64,000 bases of DNA. It comes from Nitrospiraceae bacterium (GTDB taxonomy: Bacteria; Nitrospirota; Thermodesulfovibrionia; UBA6902). Positions 46,861 to 57,648 of this stretch are shown here, in pieces. Within the stretch, counting starts at the first letter, position 1. Every line of letters starts with the position of its first letter. The notes below the pieces were generated by a model, which saw only the letters and a list, made by a program, of their open reading frames with translations, did not search any database and had not been told where the DNA came from. Both the position numbers and the translations under genes were made by a program. The stretch covers positions 450,858-514,857 of the forward strand of contig CP070632.1 of NCBI GenBank assembly GCA_020356065.1, written 5' to 3'.

Positions 46861-47505
46861 ATGACTCCGGATGATCTCCTCAATTATGGTCTGAATGAAC
46901 TCGGCATAATATGCTCTGATTCTCAAATTCAGTCCTTTATGATCTACCTCTCAGAATTAAAAAAGTGGAACAGAACTTATAACATTACTGCATTAAGAAC
47001 AGACGAGGATATCATCATCAAGCACTTCCTTGATTCCCTGCTGTATTTAAGGGCGCTGCCGGAGGGAAAAATAAAACTGGCTGATATCGGTACGGGGGGA
47101 GGGTTTCCGGGCATTCCCCTAAAAATCATCAGGCCCGATATGGAACTTGCCCTTGTAGAGCCGGCCAGGAAGAAAGCATCTTTTCTGAGACATATAGTAC
47201 GCATGATCGATCTGACTGAAGTCAGTGTGCTGCAGAACAAGATAGAACATATGGAAGAGACATTCCATAACTATTTTGATCTGATCGTGACACGCGCCAC
47301 TTTTAATATTGAAGAATTCCTTGATATGTCATGTCCCTTTTTAAATGACTCGGGAAGACTCGTGATCAGCAAGGGTCCAAAAGCAGAAGATGAGTTAAAA
47401 CAATTCACCAGCACAGATAGTTCCAGCAGTCCTGTTGAAAAAAGTCTTGTTCTGAAACTGCCTTTTTCAGATGCTCAAAGGCATATAATCATTCTCAAGT
47501 GTTGA
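46861..47505 (+). CDS. rsmG: 16S rRNA (guanine527-N7)-methyltransferase RsmG
   Basis: 214 aa. Motifs NITALRTDEDIIIKHFLDS, DIGTGGGFPGIPLKI and VEPARKKASFL. Confidence 0.9.
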   Translation: MTPDDLLNYGLNELGIICSDSQIQSFMIYLSELKKWNRTYNITALRTDEDIIIKHFLDSLLYLRALPEGKIKLADIGTGGGFPGIPLKIIRPDMELALVEPARKKASFLRHIVRMIDLTEVSVLQNKIEHMEETFHNYFDLIVTRATFNIEEFLDMSCPFLNDSGRLVISKGPKAEDELKQFTSTDSSSSPVEKSLVLKLPFSDAQRHIIILKC

Positions 47506-47605
47506 TCCGAAAAATGCATTTCAGATCATCACACATTGGGAGTCACATTACTGAGTCAAATAATTTTATGAGCATTGTCTGCATTATCTGGGTTAAAATA
47601 TTTAC

Positions 47606-48217
47606 ATGAAATCATTTATAGTTGCAATATCCGGAGCAAGTGGTTCCATTTACGGAATTAAGCTTGTCAAGGAGCTTATCAGGACTGAAGCCGCGGTTCA
47701 CCTTTGCATTTCTGATCAGGCTGTTTCGATAATCAGGGCAGAAACAGGAATCGACCTTTCAGGCATTAATTTACTCGAAACAGAAGATAAGATCCGGAAG
47801 CATTTCAAGTCCGAAACAATCAGGTATTACAGCAATGGCAACCTTGCCGCCCCCATATCAAGCGGATCTTATAAAACCGATGGCATGTTTGTTGTTCCCT
47901 GCTCAATGAAGACACTTGCAGGGATCGCAAACGGTTACGCAAGCAACCTTATCGAGAGGGCAGCTGATGTTGTTATGAAAGAAGGAAGATCGTTGATTAT
48001 CTCACCCCGTGAAATGCCCTTTAATACAATTCACCTTGAGAATATGCTGAAGCTGAGTAAAATGGGGGTGACCATTGCACCGCCCATTCCTGCTTTTTAC
48101 CAGAGGCCGGAGAATGTAGAACATATCATTGAGTTTGTAACCGGAAAACTTCTGGACAGTGCGGGGATTGAAAACAGTCTTTTTAAACGGTGGGACGGCG
48201 TTATGAATCAGGACTGA
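47606..48217 (+). CDS. ubiX: Flavin prenyltransferase UbiX
   Basis: 203 aa. Motifs [25 protein letters not shown] and [11 protein letters not shown]. Confidence 0.9.
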   Translation: MKSFIVAISGASGSIYGIKLVKELIRTEAAVHLCISDQAVSIIRAETGIDLSGINLLETEDKIRKHFKSETIRYYSNGNLAAPISSGSYKTDGMFVVPCSMKTLAGIANGYASNLIERAADVVMKEGRSLIISPREMPFNTIHLENMLKLSKMGVTIAPPIPAFYQRPENVEHIIEFVTGKLLDSAGIENSLFKRWDGVMNQD

Positions 48218-49127
48218 AAAGACCGGTGCTTAAATACCTGTCCCCCCTGTCAGGAAATATGACCACCACTTTTTTACCCTTTCCGAGCCTTTCGGCAACC
48301 TTCATCGCAGCCCATGCAGCAGCCCCGCAAGAAATTCCGGCCAGGATCCCTTCCTCTTTTGCAATCCGTCTGGCCGTGAGCACTGCGTCTTCATCTGAGA
48401 CAGTCATTACCTCATCATAAATGTCTGTGTTCAGCACCCCCGGATAAAATCCCGCTCCTATACCGGCAATTTTATGAGGTCCAGGGTCCCCGCCGGACAA
48501 TATCGGAGAAGCAGCGGGTTCAACAGCAGCAATAAATATATCCGGGTTTCTCGCTTTGAGACATTCACCGACACCTGTAATGGTACCTCCTGTGCCAACA
48601 CCCGCGACAAACGCGTCAATCTTTTCCCCGAGAGCTTCGATAATCTCAGGGGCTGTAGTTTTTCTGTGAATGTCAGGATTGGCAGGATTCTCAAACTGCA
48701 TGGGCATAAAATAATCAGGATGTTTCTTTAGAATCAGTTCCACTTCTTCCACTGAACCCATCATACCCTTTGGGCCAACAGACAGGACAAGCTCTGCTCC
48801 ATATGCCTGGAGCATCTGCCTTCTTTCGACAGACATTGTTTCGGGCATGGCCAGTATCAGCCTGTATCCCTTTACCGCAGCGATGAGTGCCAGTCCGATT
48901 CCCGTGTTACCGCTTGTAGCCTCAATAATCGTGCCGCCCGGTTTTAATCTGCCGTCCTGTTCTGCAGTCTCGATCATGGAAAGGGCGATCCTGTCCTTTA
49001 CTGACCCTCCCGGATTAAATCCTTCAAGCTTGGCCCATACTTCAGCATCATCAGGCCCGGGCAGATGATTGAGCTTTACGACCGGGGTATTACCGATCAG
49101 GCTGATTATATGAGTGAATGGTTTCAT
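48201..49127 (-). CDS. cysK: Cysteine synthase (O-acetylserine sulfhydrylase)
   Basis: 308 aa. Motifs [17 protein letters not shown] (PLP lysine), [10 protein letters not shown] and [10 protein letters not shown]. Confidence 0.9.
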   Translation of the reverse strand: MKPFTHIISLIGNTPVVKLNHLPGPDDAEVWAKLEGFNPGGSVKDRIALSMIETAEQDGRLKPGGTIIEATSGNTGIGLALIAAVKGYRLILAMPETMSVERRQMLQAYGAELVLSVGPKGMMGSVEEVELILKKHPDYFMPMQFENPANPDIHRKTTAPEIIEALGEKIDAFVAGVGTGGTITGVGECLKARNPDIFIAAVEPAASPILSGGDPGPHKIAGIGAGFYPGVLNTDIYDEVMTVSDEDAVLTARRIAKEEGILAGISCGAAAWAAMKVAERLGKGKKVVVIFPDRGDRYLSTGLFSPDS

Positions 49128-49382
49128 CAGAACATTGATATCCGTCTGAAGGATTATAACACATGGATACGCGGATCAATGACTTGCAAAAAAGGGATAG
49201 TGTTTTTTTGGTGATGAGTTTTGATTATACACAATTTTATAGTAAATACCTAATTTTATTTTATAATTTCCTTATTAATATTTTTGTGTTGACCAATATA
49301 CGAATGCGTGCTATATATGACAAAGCATTTAAGTTTTTTACGAATAACTTATTAATATTCTGATATTGGGAAAGATTCAGGT

Positions 49383-49688
49383 ATGTGCCCTATATCCAAG
49401 AAAATAGTTAATATCAGGGCCGAAATTTCCTGTGATAATTTTTCATGTGACGGATATATAGAAAACCTGTCTGAAGACAATATCTGCTGTAGCACCACTG
49501 CAAAAAACTTATCTCCCGGAACTGAATTTCAGGTGACATTTAAGCAGGAATCCGGAGAGGCGCTGAATCTTAACTGCAGACTAAAGTGGTCATATGAGCT
49601 CCCACCGCATAACATTATAAACAGTATTGGTATGGACATTTTAAATCAACCGGCGCAGTATAAAAGCTTTCTGAAAAGCCTTTCCTAA
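49383..49688 (+). CDS. Small hypothetical protein, possibly a degenerate PilZ-like beta-barrel
   Basis: 101 aa. The pattern is loosely PilZ-like (KKIVNIR ... ENLSEDNI) but the canonical RxxxR is absent. Cys-rich N-terminal half. Confidence 0.3.
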   Translation: MCPISKKIVNIRAEISCDNFSCDGYIENLSEDNICCSTTAKNLSPGTEFQVTFKQESGEALNLNCRLKWSYELPPHNIINSIGMDILNQPAQYKSFLKSLS

Positions 49689-49786
49689 GATCTTTCGTAC
49701 TTCATTCTTTAAATCAGACACATACTCATGTAGATACGCAAACCGCATGTTTAAAGATTATGACGAATAATCCGATATAACATATT

Positions 49787-50656
49787 ATGCCTGATAAAAT
49801 GAAATCTTACGTACAGAAAATTGAGAACTTGCCAACCTTACCTGTTGTAGCTCAGGAAATAATGAACCTGAATAACGATTCATCACTTTCCATAAACAAA
49901 CTAAGGGGTATTGTGGAAAGAGACCCTGCAATCTCAGCTAAAATTTTAAGCTTTGCAAACTCAGCTTTTTTCGGATTGCGATATGAAACTGCTGATCTTA
50001 ACAATGCAATTATGAGAATTGGCTTTAATAATGTCAAAAACATAGCGGTGGGGATATCAATACTGAGTTTCCTTGATGACAGTAAAAAAATATCTGACTA
50101 CACAAGGTTATTCAATCATTCCATAGCAGTCAGTTTAGCAGCACGATTCATAGCTGATAATTTCCGAATCGGTACAGAAGAAGATATTCTGATTGAAGGT
50201 CTCTTACACGATTTAGGTTATCTGGTACTGAACAGGTATTTCCCTGATAATTACAAGGATATTCTGGATTCATTAAACAGCGAGGGCAATGTTCTTAAAG
50301 CAGAAAAGAAAATACTAAACAGAACTCACGCCGAGGTAGGGTACTGGCTTGCTATTCAATGGAATTTACCGGATATCATTTTAAATACTATTCTATATCA
50401 TCACACGCCGGATCTCGGTAAAAATGCAAAGCATTTGGCATTGATACACATTGCGGATTATATTGTTGCAAAAAACAGTTATAGTCCATTTGAAAAAGAT
50501 CCAAAATATCCTCTTTACCAGAGTTCACTTGAAATCCTCTCAATTTCTGATAACGATCTGAAACATTTAGAAGAATTAATATGTGATGTTCCGCTGTCTG
50601 ATGCAAACTTTGATAGCACGCGTGATACGACAAGAAAAGTAAAAGAAACACTCTAG
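49787..50656 (+). CDS. HDOD-domain signalling protein
   Basis: 289 aa. Motifs LPTLPVVAQEIMNL, IVERDPAISAKILSFANSAFFG, AIMRIGFNNVKNIA, GLLHDLGYLVL and HAEVG. Confidence 0.8.
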   Translation: MPDKMKSYVQKIENLPTLPVVAQEIMNLNNDSSLSINKLRGIVERDPAISAKILSFANSAFFGLRYETADLNNAIMRIGFNNVKNIAVGISILSFLDDSKKISDYTRLFNHSIAVSLAARFIADNFRIGTEEDILIEGLLHDLGYLVLNRYFPDNYKDILDSLNSEGNVLKAEKKILNRTHAEVGYWLAIQWNLPDIILNTILYHHTPDLGKNAKHLALIHIADYIVAKNSYSPFEKDPKYPLYQSSLEILSISDNDLKHLEELICDVPLSDANFDSTRDTTRKVKETL

Positions 50657-50684
50657 CATTATCTGTGATACATCATACCGACTG

Positions 50685-51980
50685 CTACATATTAAATGCA
50701 GTAATCTTGTTTGCTTTTTTTAACCGGTCAAAATCCTTTAACCGTTTCGTATCTATTTGACCCAGGGTTACCGTGAGAGGTTCCTTTCTGCTGAAGGCCA
50801 AAACTACCCAGTTCTTAATCTCAGCCTTAAGAAATTCCTCCCCAACGCCTTTTAATAATCCGGAAGGAGATACCTGATTATCAATTACCCCTGAATTTAT
50901 ATAGGTCCAGATGTCTTCCTGTCTGGATATGATCCCGGTATGACCCCGCGTGGTGGTGGAAAACGACAAGATAAGGCCTTCTCTCAAATACGGTGCTATA
51001 TCAGTATAAATAATGTCAGTTGCTTCCCGCGCATTGGAAATTTTATGTATGGAATCTGAATATATTGTTTCTCCGACTTTTTCTACTAATCCTTCTCCGT
51101 TAAGATACGCATATTCAGGCAGGCCATCGAGCAGTGCTAAATTTGCAAGCTGTTTCCCAAGCCCATCGTGTCCGTAATATTGAATTCCCTGCTTTATTAA
51201 ACCCATTACTATCAAACCATAACAATTAATTTTAGTATAAGAAGTGCCAATCAATGGCCTCACCGCATCGGCAAGAGTTGGGTTTTGATCCGAAATAAAG
51301 GGGGCAGTATCAGCAACAGTGGGAGTATGTTCGGAAAGTGTCCGATTTTGTTCTCTGAGAACCAGCAGTGACTGTATGTTGAATTTTCGCCTTATTTTTT
51401 TAGTTATCATCGCACCATTCTTTTTACTCAAAATACCTGAAATCCTGACTTTATGAAAACCGTTTTGCTCAACCAAATGTACGTCAGCATATATTTGTTT
51501 TAATTCTATAAATATCTCTTTTGCATAGTTTAAATTTTTCCAGGAGCCGACCTGAACATAATACTCATTAACGGCTGCTGCAGTCTTATCATCAACTGAT
51601 TGTTTCGAATCAGAGATATTCACCTTATTTGTTATATCCCCGCTCTCTGCTGTTTCTTCTGTGGTCATGAGGTTAACAGCATGCGAATGTGCTGATTCGT
51701 CAGGTTCCCTCACACTCAGTTCCTGAATGTGAGCTTCTGGAACTATTTCAGTTGATGGTTCGTTATCAAGAGAATGTGAAAGATTTGACTTTATACCCTC
51801 CGCTGCTGGTCCAATTGAGTTTTCATCAATATTATTGGAATGATTAGTGGCATTTTTTGATGCAACGATAAGAGCAATGTGGTCATGTGTGCCTTCTTGA
51901 ATTTGCAAGGCATGGGAAGTCTTGCAGGTAAATATAAATAATATGCAGCCAATATACATTAGCGCTCTTAAATATATCAT
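50685..51980 (-). CDS. Secreted SPOR-domain protein with a C-terminal NlpC/P60-like domain
   Basis: 431 aa with a signal peptide. SPOR-like segment YYVQVGSWKNLNYAKEIF...HKVRISG. The C-terminal region has a Cys motif (INCYGLIVMGL) and a His motif (RGHTGIIS) resembling NlpC/P60 catalytic residues. Confidence 0.5.
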   Translation of the reverse strand: MIYLRALMYIGCILFIFTCKTSHALQIQEGTHDHIALIVASKNATNHSNNIDENSIGPAAEGIKSNLSHSLDNEPSTEIVPEAHIQELSVREPDESAHSHAVNLMTTEETAESGDITNKVNISDSKQSVDDKTAAAVNEYYVQVGSWKNLNYAKEIFIELKQIYADVHLVEQNGFHKVRISGILSKKNGAMITKKIRRKFNIQSLLVLREQNRTLSEHTPTVADTAPFISDQNPTLADAVRPLIGTSYTKINCYGLIVMGLIKQGIQYYGHDGLGKQLANLALLDGLPEYAYLNGEGLVEKVGETIYSDSIHKISNAREATDIIYTDIAPYLREGLILSFSTTTRGHTGIISRQEDIWTYINSGVIDNQVSPSGLLKGVGEEFLKAEIKNWVVLAFSRKEPLTVTLGQIDTKRLKDFDRLKKANKITAFNM

Positions 51981-52211
51981 TTTCTTTTCCCTAAAGGAGA
52001 TTACGAATAAATTGATGTTAAATTTTTTTAAAAGGAATTTAAAAGAATATACTATTTATTATAACAGAATTGAGAAGAACCAACAGATTTTTTTAACCTT
52101 TATTTTGCATTCTCTATCATTTCGTAATTAATTTTTTCATTGAAGTAAAAAGCTTGTGGTATGATAGCTTTTAAAAGAGCTTCTCATATAATTTCAGATA
52201 AAGAAAAGATT

Positions 52212-53294
52212 ATGGTTCAATACATAAATAAGGTTTCTAAAAAGGCAGGTCTTCCGCCGGGTTCTCCGGTTTATGTCGGTGATAAAAAGATTGAAAAGGT
52301 CGGGATTTCCGTTATGTCCTATGATGAGGAAAACCTTGAGATCAGAGAGCTTGAAAAGGTTGAGGAGTGTTTTCCCTTTAAAGAGAAGCCTCCCGTCACA
52401 TGGATAAATGTGGACGGACTTCATGAGATAACCGTCATACAGGAACTGGGCAGTTGTTTCGGATGGCATCCTCTGATTATTGAAGATATCCTGAATACCC
52501 ATCAACGGACAAAAATAGACATCTTCGATGATCATCTCTTTATATCGCTTAAAATGCTTACGTTTAACGCAAAGGAAAACAAACTCAATGTGGAGCAAAT
52601 GAGCATTGTGCTGGGGGAAAATTATGTTATCACCTTTCAGGAAAGACAGGGCGATATCTTTGATTCCCTCAGAAACCGGATAAAGAGCAGCAAGGGGAAA
52701 GTAAGAAAGGTGGGCGCAGATTATCTGGCCTATGCGCTTATTGACTCAGTTGTGGATAATTACTTTATCGTTCTTGAAGGAATTGGCGAAGTGATTGAAA
52801 ATATGGAAGAGGAACTTGTTATACATCCTTCTCCCGGCATACTGCAGCAAATACATACTCTGAAAAGAGAGATGATTTATCTCCGCAAGTCAGTGTGGCC
52901 GTTAAGAGAAATCATAGCCTTACTTGAGCGGGAGGAGACCTCGTTGATCAAAGAATCGACCTCCATTTATATCCGTGACCTTTATGACCATACCATACAG
53001 GTGATTGAAACTCTGGAGACTTACAGGGATATGGTTTCAGGCATGCTCGATGTGTATCTTTCAAGCATCAGCAACAGGATGAATGAGGTCATGAAGGTAC
53101 TGACAATTTTTGCGGCAGTTTTTATTCCCCTTACGTTAATAGCAGGCATCTACGGCATGAATTTCAATCCTGAAAAAAGCCCGTTTAACATGCCTGAATT
53201 GAACTGGTATATGGGATATCCCTTTGCGCTTGGATTAATGGTGCTCGTTGCTGCCGGGCTGCTTTATTATTTCAGAAAGAGGAAATGGTTCTGA
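52212..53294 (+). CDS. corA: Magnesium/cobalt transporter CorA
   Basis: YGMNF motif, two C-terminal TM segments and a WF C-terminus. I prefer the ATG at 52212, because a possible extended -10 (TGGTATGAT, 52157-52165) overlaps the track start at 52161. Confidence 0.9.
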   Translation: MVQYINKVSKKAGLPPGSPVYVGDKKIEKVGISVMSYDEENLEIRELEKVEECFPFKEKPPVTWINVDGLHEITVIQELGSCFGWHPLIIEDILNTHQRTKIDIFDDHLFISLKMLTFNAKENKLNVEQMSIVLGENYVITFQERQGDIFDSLRNRIKSSKGKVRKVGADYLAYALIDSVVDNYFIVLEGIGEVIENMEEELVIHPSPGILQQIHTLKREMIYLRKSVWPLREIIALLEREETSLIKESTSIYIRDLYDHTIQVIETLETYRDMVSGMLDVYLSSISNRMNEVMKVLTIFAAVFIPLTLIAGIYGMNFNPEKSPFNMPELNWYMGYPFALGLMVLVAAGLLYYFRKRKWF

Positions 53295-53341
53295 ATGTTT
53301 CTGAAATTTCCGAATCACTTTATACCTTACCAATAATAATC

Positions 53342-54343
53342 ATGGCGCTCAGATTTATCGAAATATATCATCAGAAAGGAAAAGCCGACGACATCGATTT
53401 CCTGCTGAAAGACCTGCCGATACTTGATACCTGGCATTTTCATCTTGCAGAAAACAATGAGTCAGTAACAAAAGTATTGCTAAAGACGGTAAATACTGAA
53501 ACAGTTCTTGATACCCTTCAATCTTTTTTTTCTGAAGACAAAACTCTCCGTTTTGTTCTGCTCCCTGTTGAAGCAACAATACCCAGACCTTCAGAGCCCG
53601 ATATTGAGGAAAAAAAGGAAGTTCAGAAAAGTCCTCAGAGAATCAGTGTTGAGGAACTTTATCAGAAACTGTTTGCAGTATCTTCCATAAATCAAAAGTA
53701 TATCGTAATGGTTGTGATCGCATCTTTTGTTGCAGCGATTGGGTTACTGAAAAACGATGCAGCTGTTATTATCGGATCAATGGTCATTGCTCCTCTGCTC
53801 TCACCCAATATGGCCCTCTCTCTTGCGACTACATTGGCAGACTTCCGACTGGCAAAAAATTCAATTGTTACGAATATAATCGGTCTTGTGCTTGGGTTAC
53901 TTATAGGTATCTTTTTAGGTGTTGTTATGAATGTTGATCCGAACATACCGCAAATAGCATCACGGTCTGATGTGAGTTACTTTTATCTCTTTCTTGCCCT
54001 TGCAGCAGGGGTTGCAGGTGCATATTCCATAACAACCGGGGTGGCAGAAGCACTTGTAGGTGTTATGGTTGCCGTGGCCCTTCTTCCGCCTCTGGTTGCA
54101 GCCGGACTGCTCTTTGGAGGAGGGTTCTGGATTAATGGAGCTGAAGCCTTTCTGCTTTGCCTCGTGAACGTAGTGTGCATTAATCTTTCAGGGGTTGTTA
54201 CATTCCTGCTTCAGGGTATTCAACCGAATGAATGGTGGAAAGCTGAACAGGCAAAGAGGGCCGTGAAAGCTGCCGTATCAGTCTGGATTGCGCTGCTCTG
54301 TATTCTTGCCGTATTTATATTTTTTGCACAAAAAATAAAATGA
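53342..54343 (+). CDS. DUF389 (TIGR00341-type) membrane protein with an N-terminal soluble domain
   Basis: MALRFIEIYH..., followed by a hydrophobic region IGLLKNDAAVIIGSMVIAPLLSPNMALSLA. An alternative start at 53285 would overlap the corA stop by 10 nt. Confidence 0.65.
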   Translation: MALRFIEIYHQKGKADDIDFLLKDLPILDTWHFHLAENNESVTKVLLKTVNTETVLDTLQSFFSEDKTLRFVLLPVEATIPRPSEPDIEEKKEVQKSPQRISVEELYQKLFAVSSINQKYIVMVVIASFVAAIGLLKNDAAVIIGSMVIAPLLSPNMALSLATTLADFRLAKNSIVTNIIGLVLGLLIGIFLGVVMNVDPNIPQIASRSDVSYFYLFLALAAGVAGAYSITTGVAEALVGVMVAVALLPPLVAAGLLFGGGFWINGAEAFLLCLVNVVCINLSGVVTFLLQGIQPNEWWKAEQAKRAVKAAVSVWIALLCILAVFIFFAQKIK

Positions 54344-54359
54344 CTTTTGACCATATAGA

Positions 54360-56612
54360 TCATGCAATCAGAATTCTCTGCTGGGCTGAAACGAACAGGA
54401 CATCATTAAGATTCGGATGACGCTGAAAAAGGTCTATGCCTTTTTCTTTGAGGCGTTCATCAGTAAACCCTAAAATAACAAGATCTGCCCTGGATGAATG
54501 CATGTGCACAAGCTGTTCAAAATTTCCCATCTCATCGGTGGGGAATATCTGTACATTCTTTTCAGATATGGGAATACGTCCTGCTGAGATCATCTCGGTA
54601 AGTTTGCCTGTCTGTTCATTTACCTCCTCAGAGGGGAAAGCCGCAAACATGCTGATTTCCGCGTGATGCCAGTCAGGATGCGCAAGGATTATATAGGCCA
54701 GCAGGACCATTAAATTGACATTGCGGTGGTCATGCCATGTGAGCCAGATATGGATTATTCCATTGTTTCCGAAAAAATGATCGCCGTGCCTGAGTACAAG
54801 ATTATTCATGTTCGTCACTTCAGTGAGAATACAGCTTTCGTATATGTCATTGATCACTTCTTTTCTGTCATGAACGGAAAACTCAAACAGATTTGTATTG
54901 TTCTCCATGCCTGATATGCCCGGTACCTGGATGCTTTGCAGGATTGCGCTCCTCAGTGACGGGCTTATGATAGTATCAACAAAGATGTGGCTTTGCCTGT
55001 CCTGAACATACCTGATAAGTTCTGAAAGAGACGTCCTGCTCTCACGCAATGTTTTAATATTAAATTCGCCCTGAATATAATGAAGATACGTACCGAATCC
55101 ATACCGGAAGCAGAGCCAGCTTAAAAAAAGAAGTGGAGCTGAACGATCAAAGGAACGGTTATTGACCATCACAATGCTTGGCCGCCAGTTGCTCATTCGT
55201 TTTCCGGAACGGCTTTTCTGCAGCTTTACCGTTAAAAAACGCGTTGCCTGCGTCATGGCCCCGAACAGGATTTCACCGAGATTGTAGGAATAGCCTTGCC
55301 GGCTCTTTTGAATTCCAAGATACAAAATTATAATGGCTATAACGGCAATGATTGCATACAGAGGGTCCATCTGGAACATCATCAACAGGCACATGACGGC
55401 TCCGAACAAACTGATGTACCATCTGGAACGGAAACTCGGCCGGTAGTTGATACGGGCGGCAAAGTGCTCCAGAAAACTTATGATGCAGAGAGATCCATAG
55501 GTGACCATAAAGAACATGGAAATAATCCGGGCCACAAAATCCACATCTCCGACAGCCACTATCAAAAGCACGATGAATGACGTTACTATGGTTGCATTAC
55601 GGGGCTCGTTGGCTTCCCCCTGACCACTGGACAGAAGTGTGTTAAGATGCTGACCCGGGAAAATCCTGTCTTTCGCAAGGGCCTGCATCTTGCGGGGGGC
55701 TACAAGAATGGAACCGATGGCAGAAGAAAGGGTTGCGCATCCGAGACCGATGGGTATAATCGGTCCCCACAGGGCGATCCTTGCCATAATCAACTGATCT
55801 TTTGCAAGTTCCTCGGGTGAAGCTGAATAAGCCAGTTTAATTACGATAAGGATATATATCACTAACCCGGTCAAGGTTGCGCTAAGGACTCCCAGAGGAA
55901 TTGATCGTCGTGGATTGGCAAGGTCTCCTGATAAACCTACTCCTGCGTTTATCCCGGTAAATGCAGGAAAGCAGATCGCAAAAACCAGGATAAACGGATC
56001 ATGCATTTCCAGTCCTGTTAACACATGAGCACTGGAAGCAGACAATTCGCCAATAGGGGAGCCAAGAAAAAATGATGCAAGGGATACAGCCAGTATAACT
56101 ACTACCAGCCAGAGGAACTTCACTCCAATGTTAGCCCCTCTGTATATGACCGAGAGAACAAGGATCAGGGATCCCGGCAGTGATATGATTCTCGGATCAA
56201 AAGGGATTCCTGTATATGACTCAATTATTGGTGCAATGGGACGGAAGGCCTCGGCAAAGGCGATCATATAAAACGATACGGATATTGCCTGTGACAGATA
56301 AAGCGAAAATCCTATGGTCCCACCTATAGTTGTACCGAATGACCTGGATATAATGTAATATTCCCCGCCGCCCTCGACCTGTCTGTTTGTTGCTATTTCC
56401 GCAATGGCAAGTGCTGTAGGAATGGTCACCATATGACCGAGAACTATAATCATGAGCGCTCCCATGAGACCCACGTGCCCCACGGCATAACCGAACCTCA
56501 GGAACATAATAGCTCCCAGTATGGTGCTTATACTTGCGAGGAACACAGGGGAGGTCCCGAACCCAAGACCTCTTTTTTCAGCTGCTTCTGTCTGTGTACT
56601 GCTTAAATCCAC
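54360..56612 (-). CDS. APC-superfamily permease with a large cytoplasmic C-terminal domain (SLC12 cation-chloride-cotransporter-like)
   Basis: 750 aa. About 12 TM segments (FGTSPVFLASISTILGAIMFLRFGY...GGGEYYIISRSFG) followed by a roughly 280-aa soluble C-terminal domain. The start overlaps the zntB-like stop by 10 nt. Confidence 0.7.
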   Translation of the reverse strand: MDLSSTQTEAAEKRGLGFGTSPVFLASISTILGAIMFLRFGYAVGHVGLMGALMIIVLGHMVTIPTALAIAEIATNRQVEGGGEYYIISRSFGTTIGGTIGFSLYLSQAISVSFYMIAFAEAFRPIAPIIESYTGIPFDPRIISLPGSLILVLSVIYRGANIGVKFLWLVVVILAVSLASFFLGSPIGELSASSAHVLTGLEMHDPFILVFAICFPAFTGINAGVGLSGDLANPRRSIPLGVLSATLTGLVIYILIVIKLAYSASPEELAKDQLIMARIALWGPIIPIGLGCATLSSAIGSILVAPRKMQALAKDRIFPGQHLNTLLSSGQGEANEPRNATIVTSFIVLLIVAVGDVDFVARIISMFFMVTYGSLCIISFLEHFAARINYRPSFRSRWYISLFGAVMCLLMMFQMDPLYAIIAVIAIIILYLGIQKSRQGYSYNLGEILFGAMTQATRFLTVKLQKSRSGKRMSNWRPSIVMVNNRSFDRSAPLLFLSWLCFRYGFGTYLHYIQGEFNIKTLRESRTSLSELIRYVQDRQSHIFVDTIISPSLRSAILQSIQVPGISGMENNTNLFEFSVHDRKEVINDIYESCILTEVTNMNNLVLRHGDHFFGNNGIIHIWLTWHDHRNVNLMVLLAYIILAHPDWHHAEISMFAAFPSEEVNEQTGKLTEMISAGRIPISEKNVQIFPTDEMGNFEQLVHMHSSRADLVILGFTDERLKEKGIDLFQRHPNLNDVLFVSAQQRILIA

Positions 56613-57577
56613 TTTCTCCTCTTGAATATCCAGACTTCGACAACAGCTATCCCTATCAGAAAAAGAGTCACAATTGTAAACGCTGTTTTACTCTCTGTAC
56701 CGGGGATGCCGCCCACATTTATCCCGAGAAGGCCGGTGAGCAGTCCGAGAGGCAGAAATACGGCAGCAACAATCGACAGGATATACATTGTTTTATTCAT
56801 TTGCTCGGACAGCCGGTTGTTCAGTTCTTCCTGAGTAATGGCGGCGCGGTCGCGGGCTGAATCTATATCATCAATAAACCGGGCAGTACGCTCTGCAACT
56901 TCCCGGATCCGACCTCTTTCAATATCGCTTAACCAGGTAATACGTTCATTCTGTAGTCTCGCCAGCACATCGCGCTGAGGAGCCATGTACCGCCTCAGGC
57001 TTATGGACTGACGCCGCACATTGGCAAGTTTGGAGCGCAGTTCATGGCTTTCCGCAGTCAGGATCGTCTCTTCCAGTTCATCAACAGTATCGTCGATGTC
57101 TGCAACAACATCAGCCATGCGGTCTACCAGCCTGTTTGCCACCATAACAAGAAACTCAGCAGGTGTCGCAGGTCCTTTGCCTGATTCAAGGGCTTTGTGG
57201 ACATCATCAATTGCCATTACCTTCCGGTGCCTCATAGTAATAATACGATGTTCGTCATACCACATACGAAGCGCCACCATGTCCTCGGGATCAGCCCCCG
57301 GGTTAAAATTAATCCCTCGCAAAATCAGAAGAAGGGAATTCTGCAATGAGATCACTCTCGGACGCGTATCCTCCGCAATAAGGGCCTCACACAGGACAGG
57401 ATCAATTCCGCTTTCTTCAGAGAGCCATTTTTGTACTTCTTTATTTTTATAATCGAGATGAAGCCAGAGCACGCCCTGTTCAGGATTCCATTCTTTCACC
57501 TCTTTCCAGCCTATGAAAGGTCCTTCAGCCTGCCTGTCCAGAATATGCGAGAAAACAATCCCATCATTATCAGCCAT
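56603..57577 (-). CDS. zntB: CorA-superfamily zinc transporter ZntB-like
   Basis: 324 aa. LPLGLLTGLLGINVGGIPG (a GxN motif in its ZntB-type variant) and two C-terminal TM segments. Confidence 0.75.
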   Translation of the reverse strand: MADNDGIVFSHILDRQAEGPFIGWKEVKEWNPEQGVLWLHLDYKNKEVQKWLSEESGIDPVLCEALIAEDTRPRVISLQNSLLLILRGINFNPGADPEDMVALRMWYDEHRIITMRHRKVMAIDDVHKALESGKGPATPAEFLVMVANRLVDRMADVVADIDDTVDELEETILTAESHELRSKLANVRRQSISLRRYMAPQRDVLARLQNERITWLSDIERGRIREVAERTARFIDDIDSARDRAAITQEELNNRLSEQMNKTMYILSIVAAVFLPLGLLTGLLGINVGGIPGTESKTAFTIVTLFLIGIAVVEVWIFKRRKWI

Positions 57578-57648
57578 GGAAAATCCTCCTTAATACGTCA
57601 AGATTACCAAACAGATCCTTATTCAAAATAAATACACCCTGCCATTTA

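Noticed and set aside
51981-52211. Possible Mg2+ riboswitch (M-box) upstream of corA, and possible c-di-GMP riboswitch upstream of the EAL gene
   Set aside because: The corA upstream region is AT-rich with no extended helices. Neither leader shows the conserved cores I know for these classes. An Rfam scan would be decisive.
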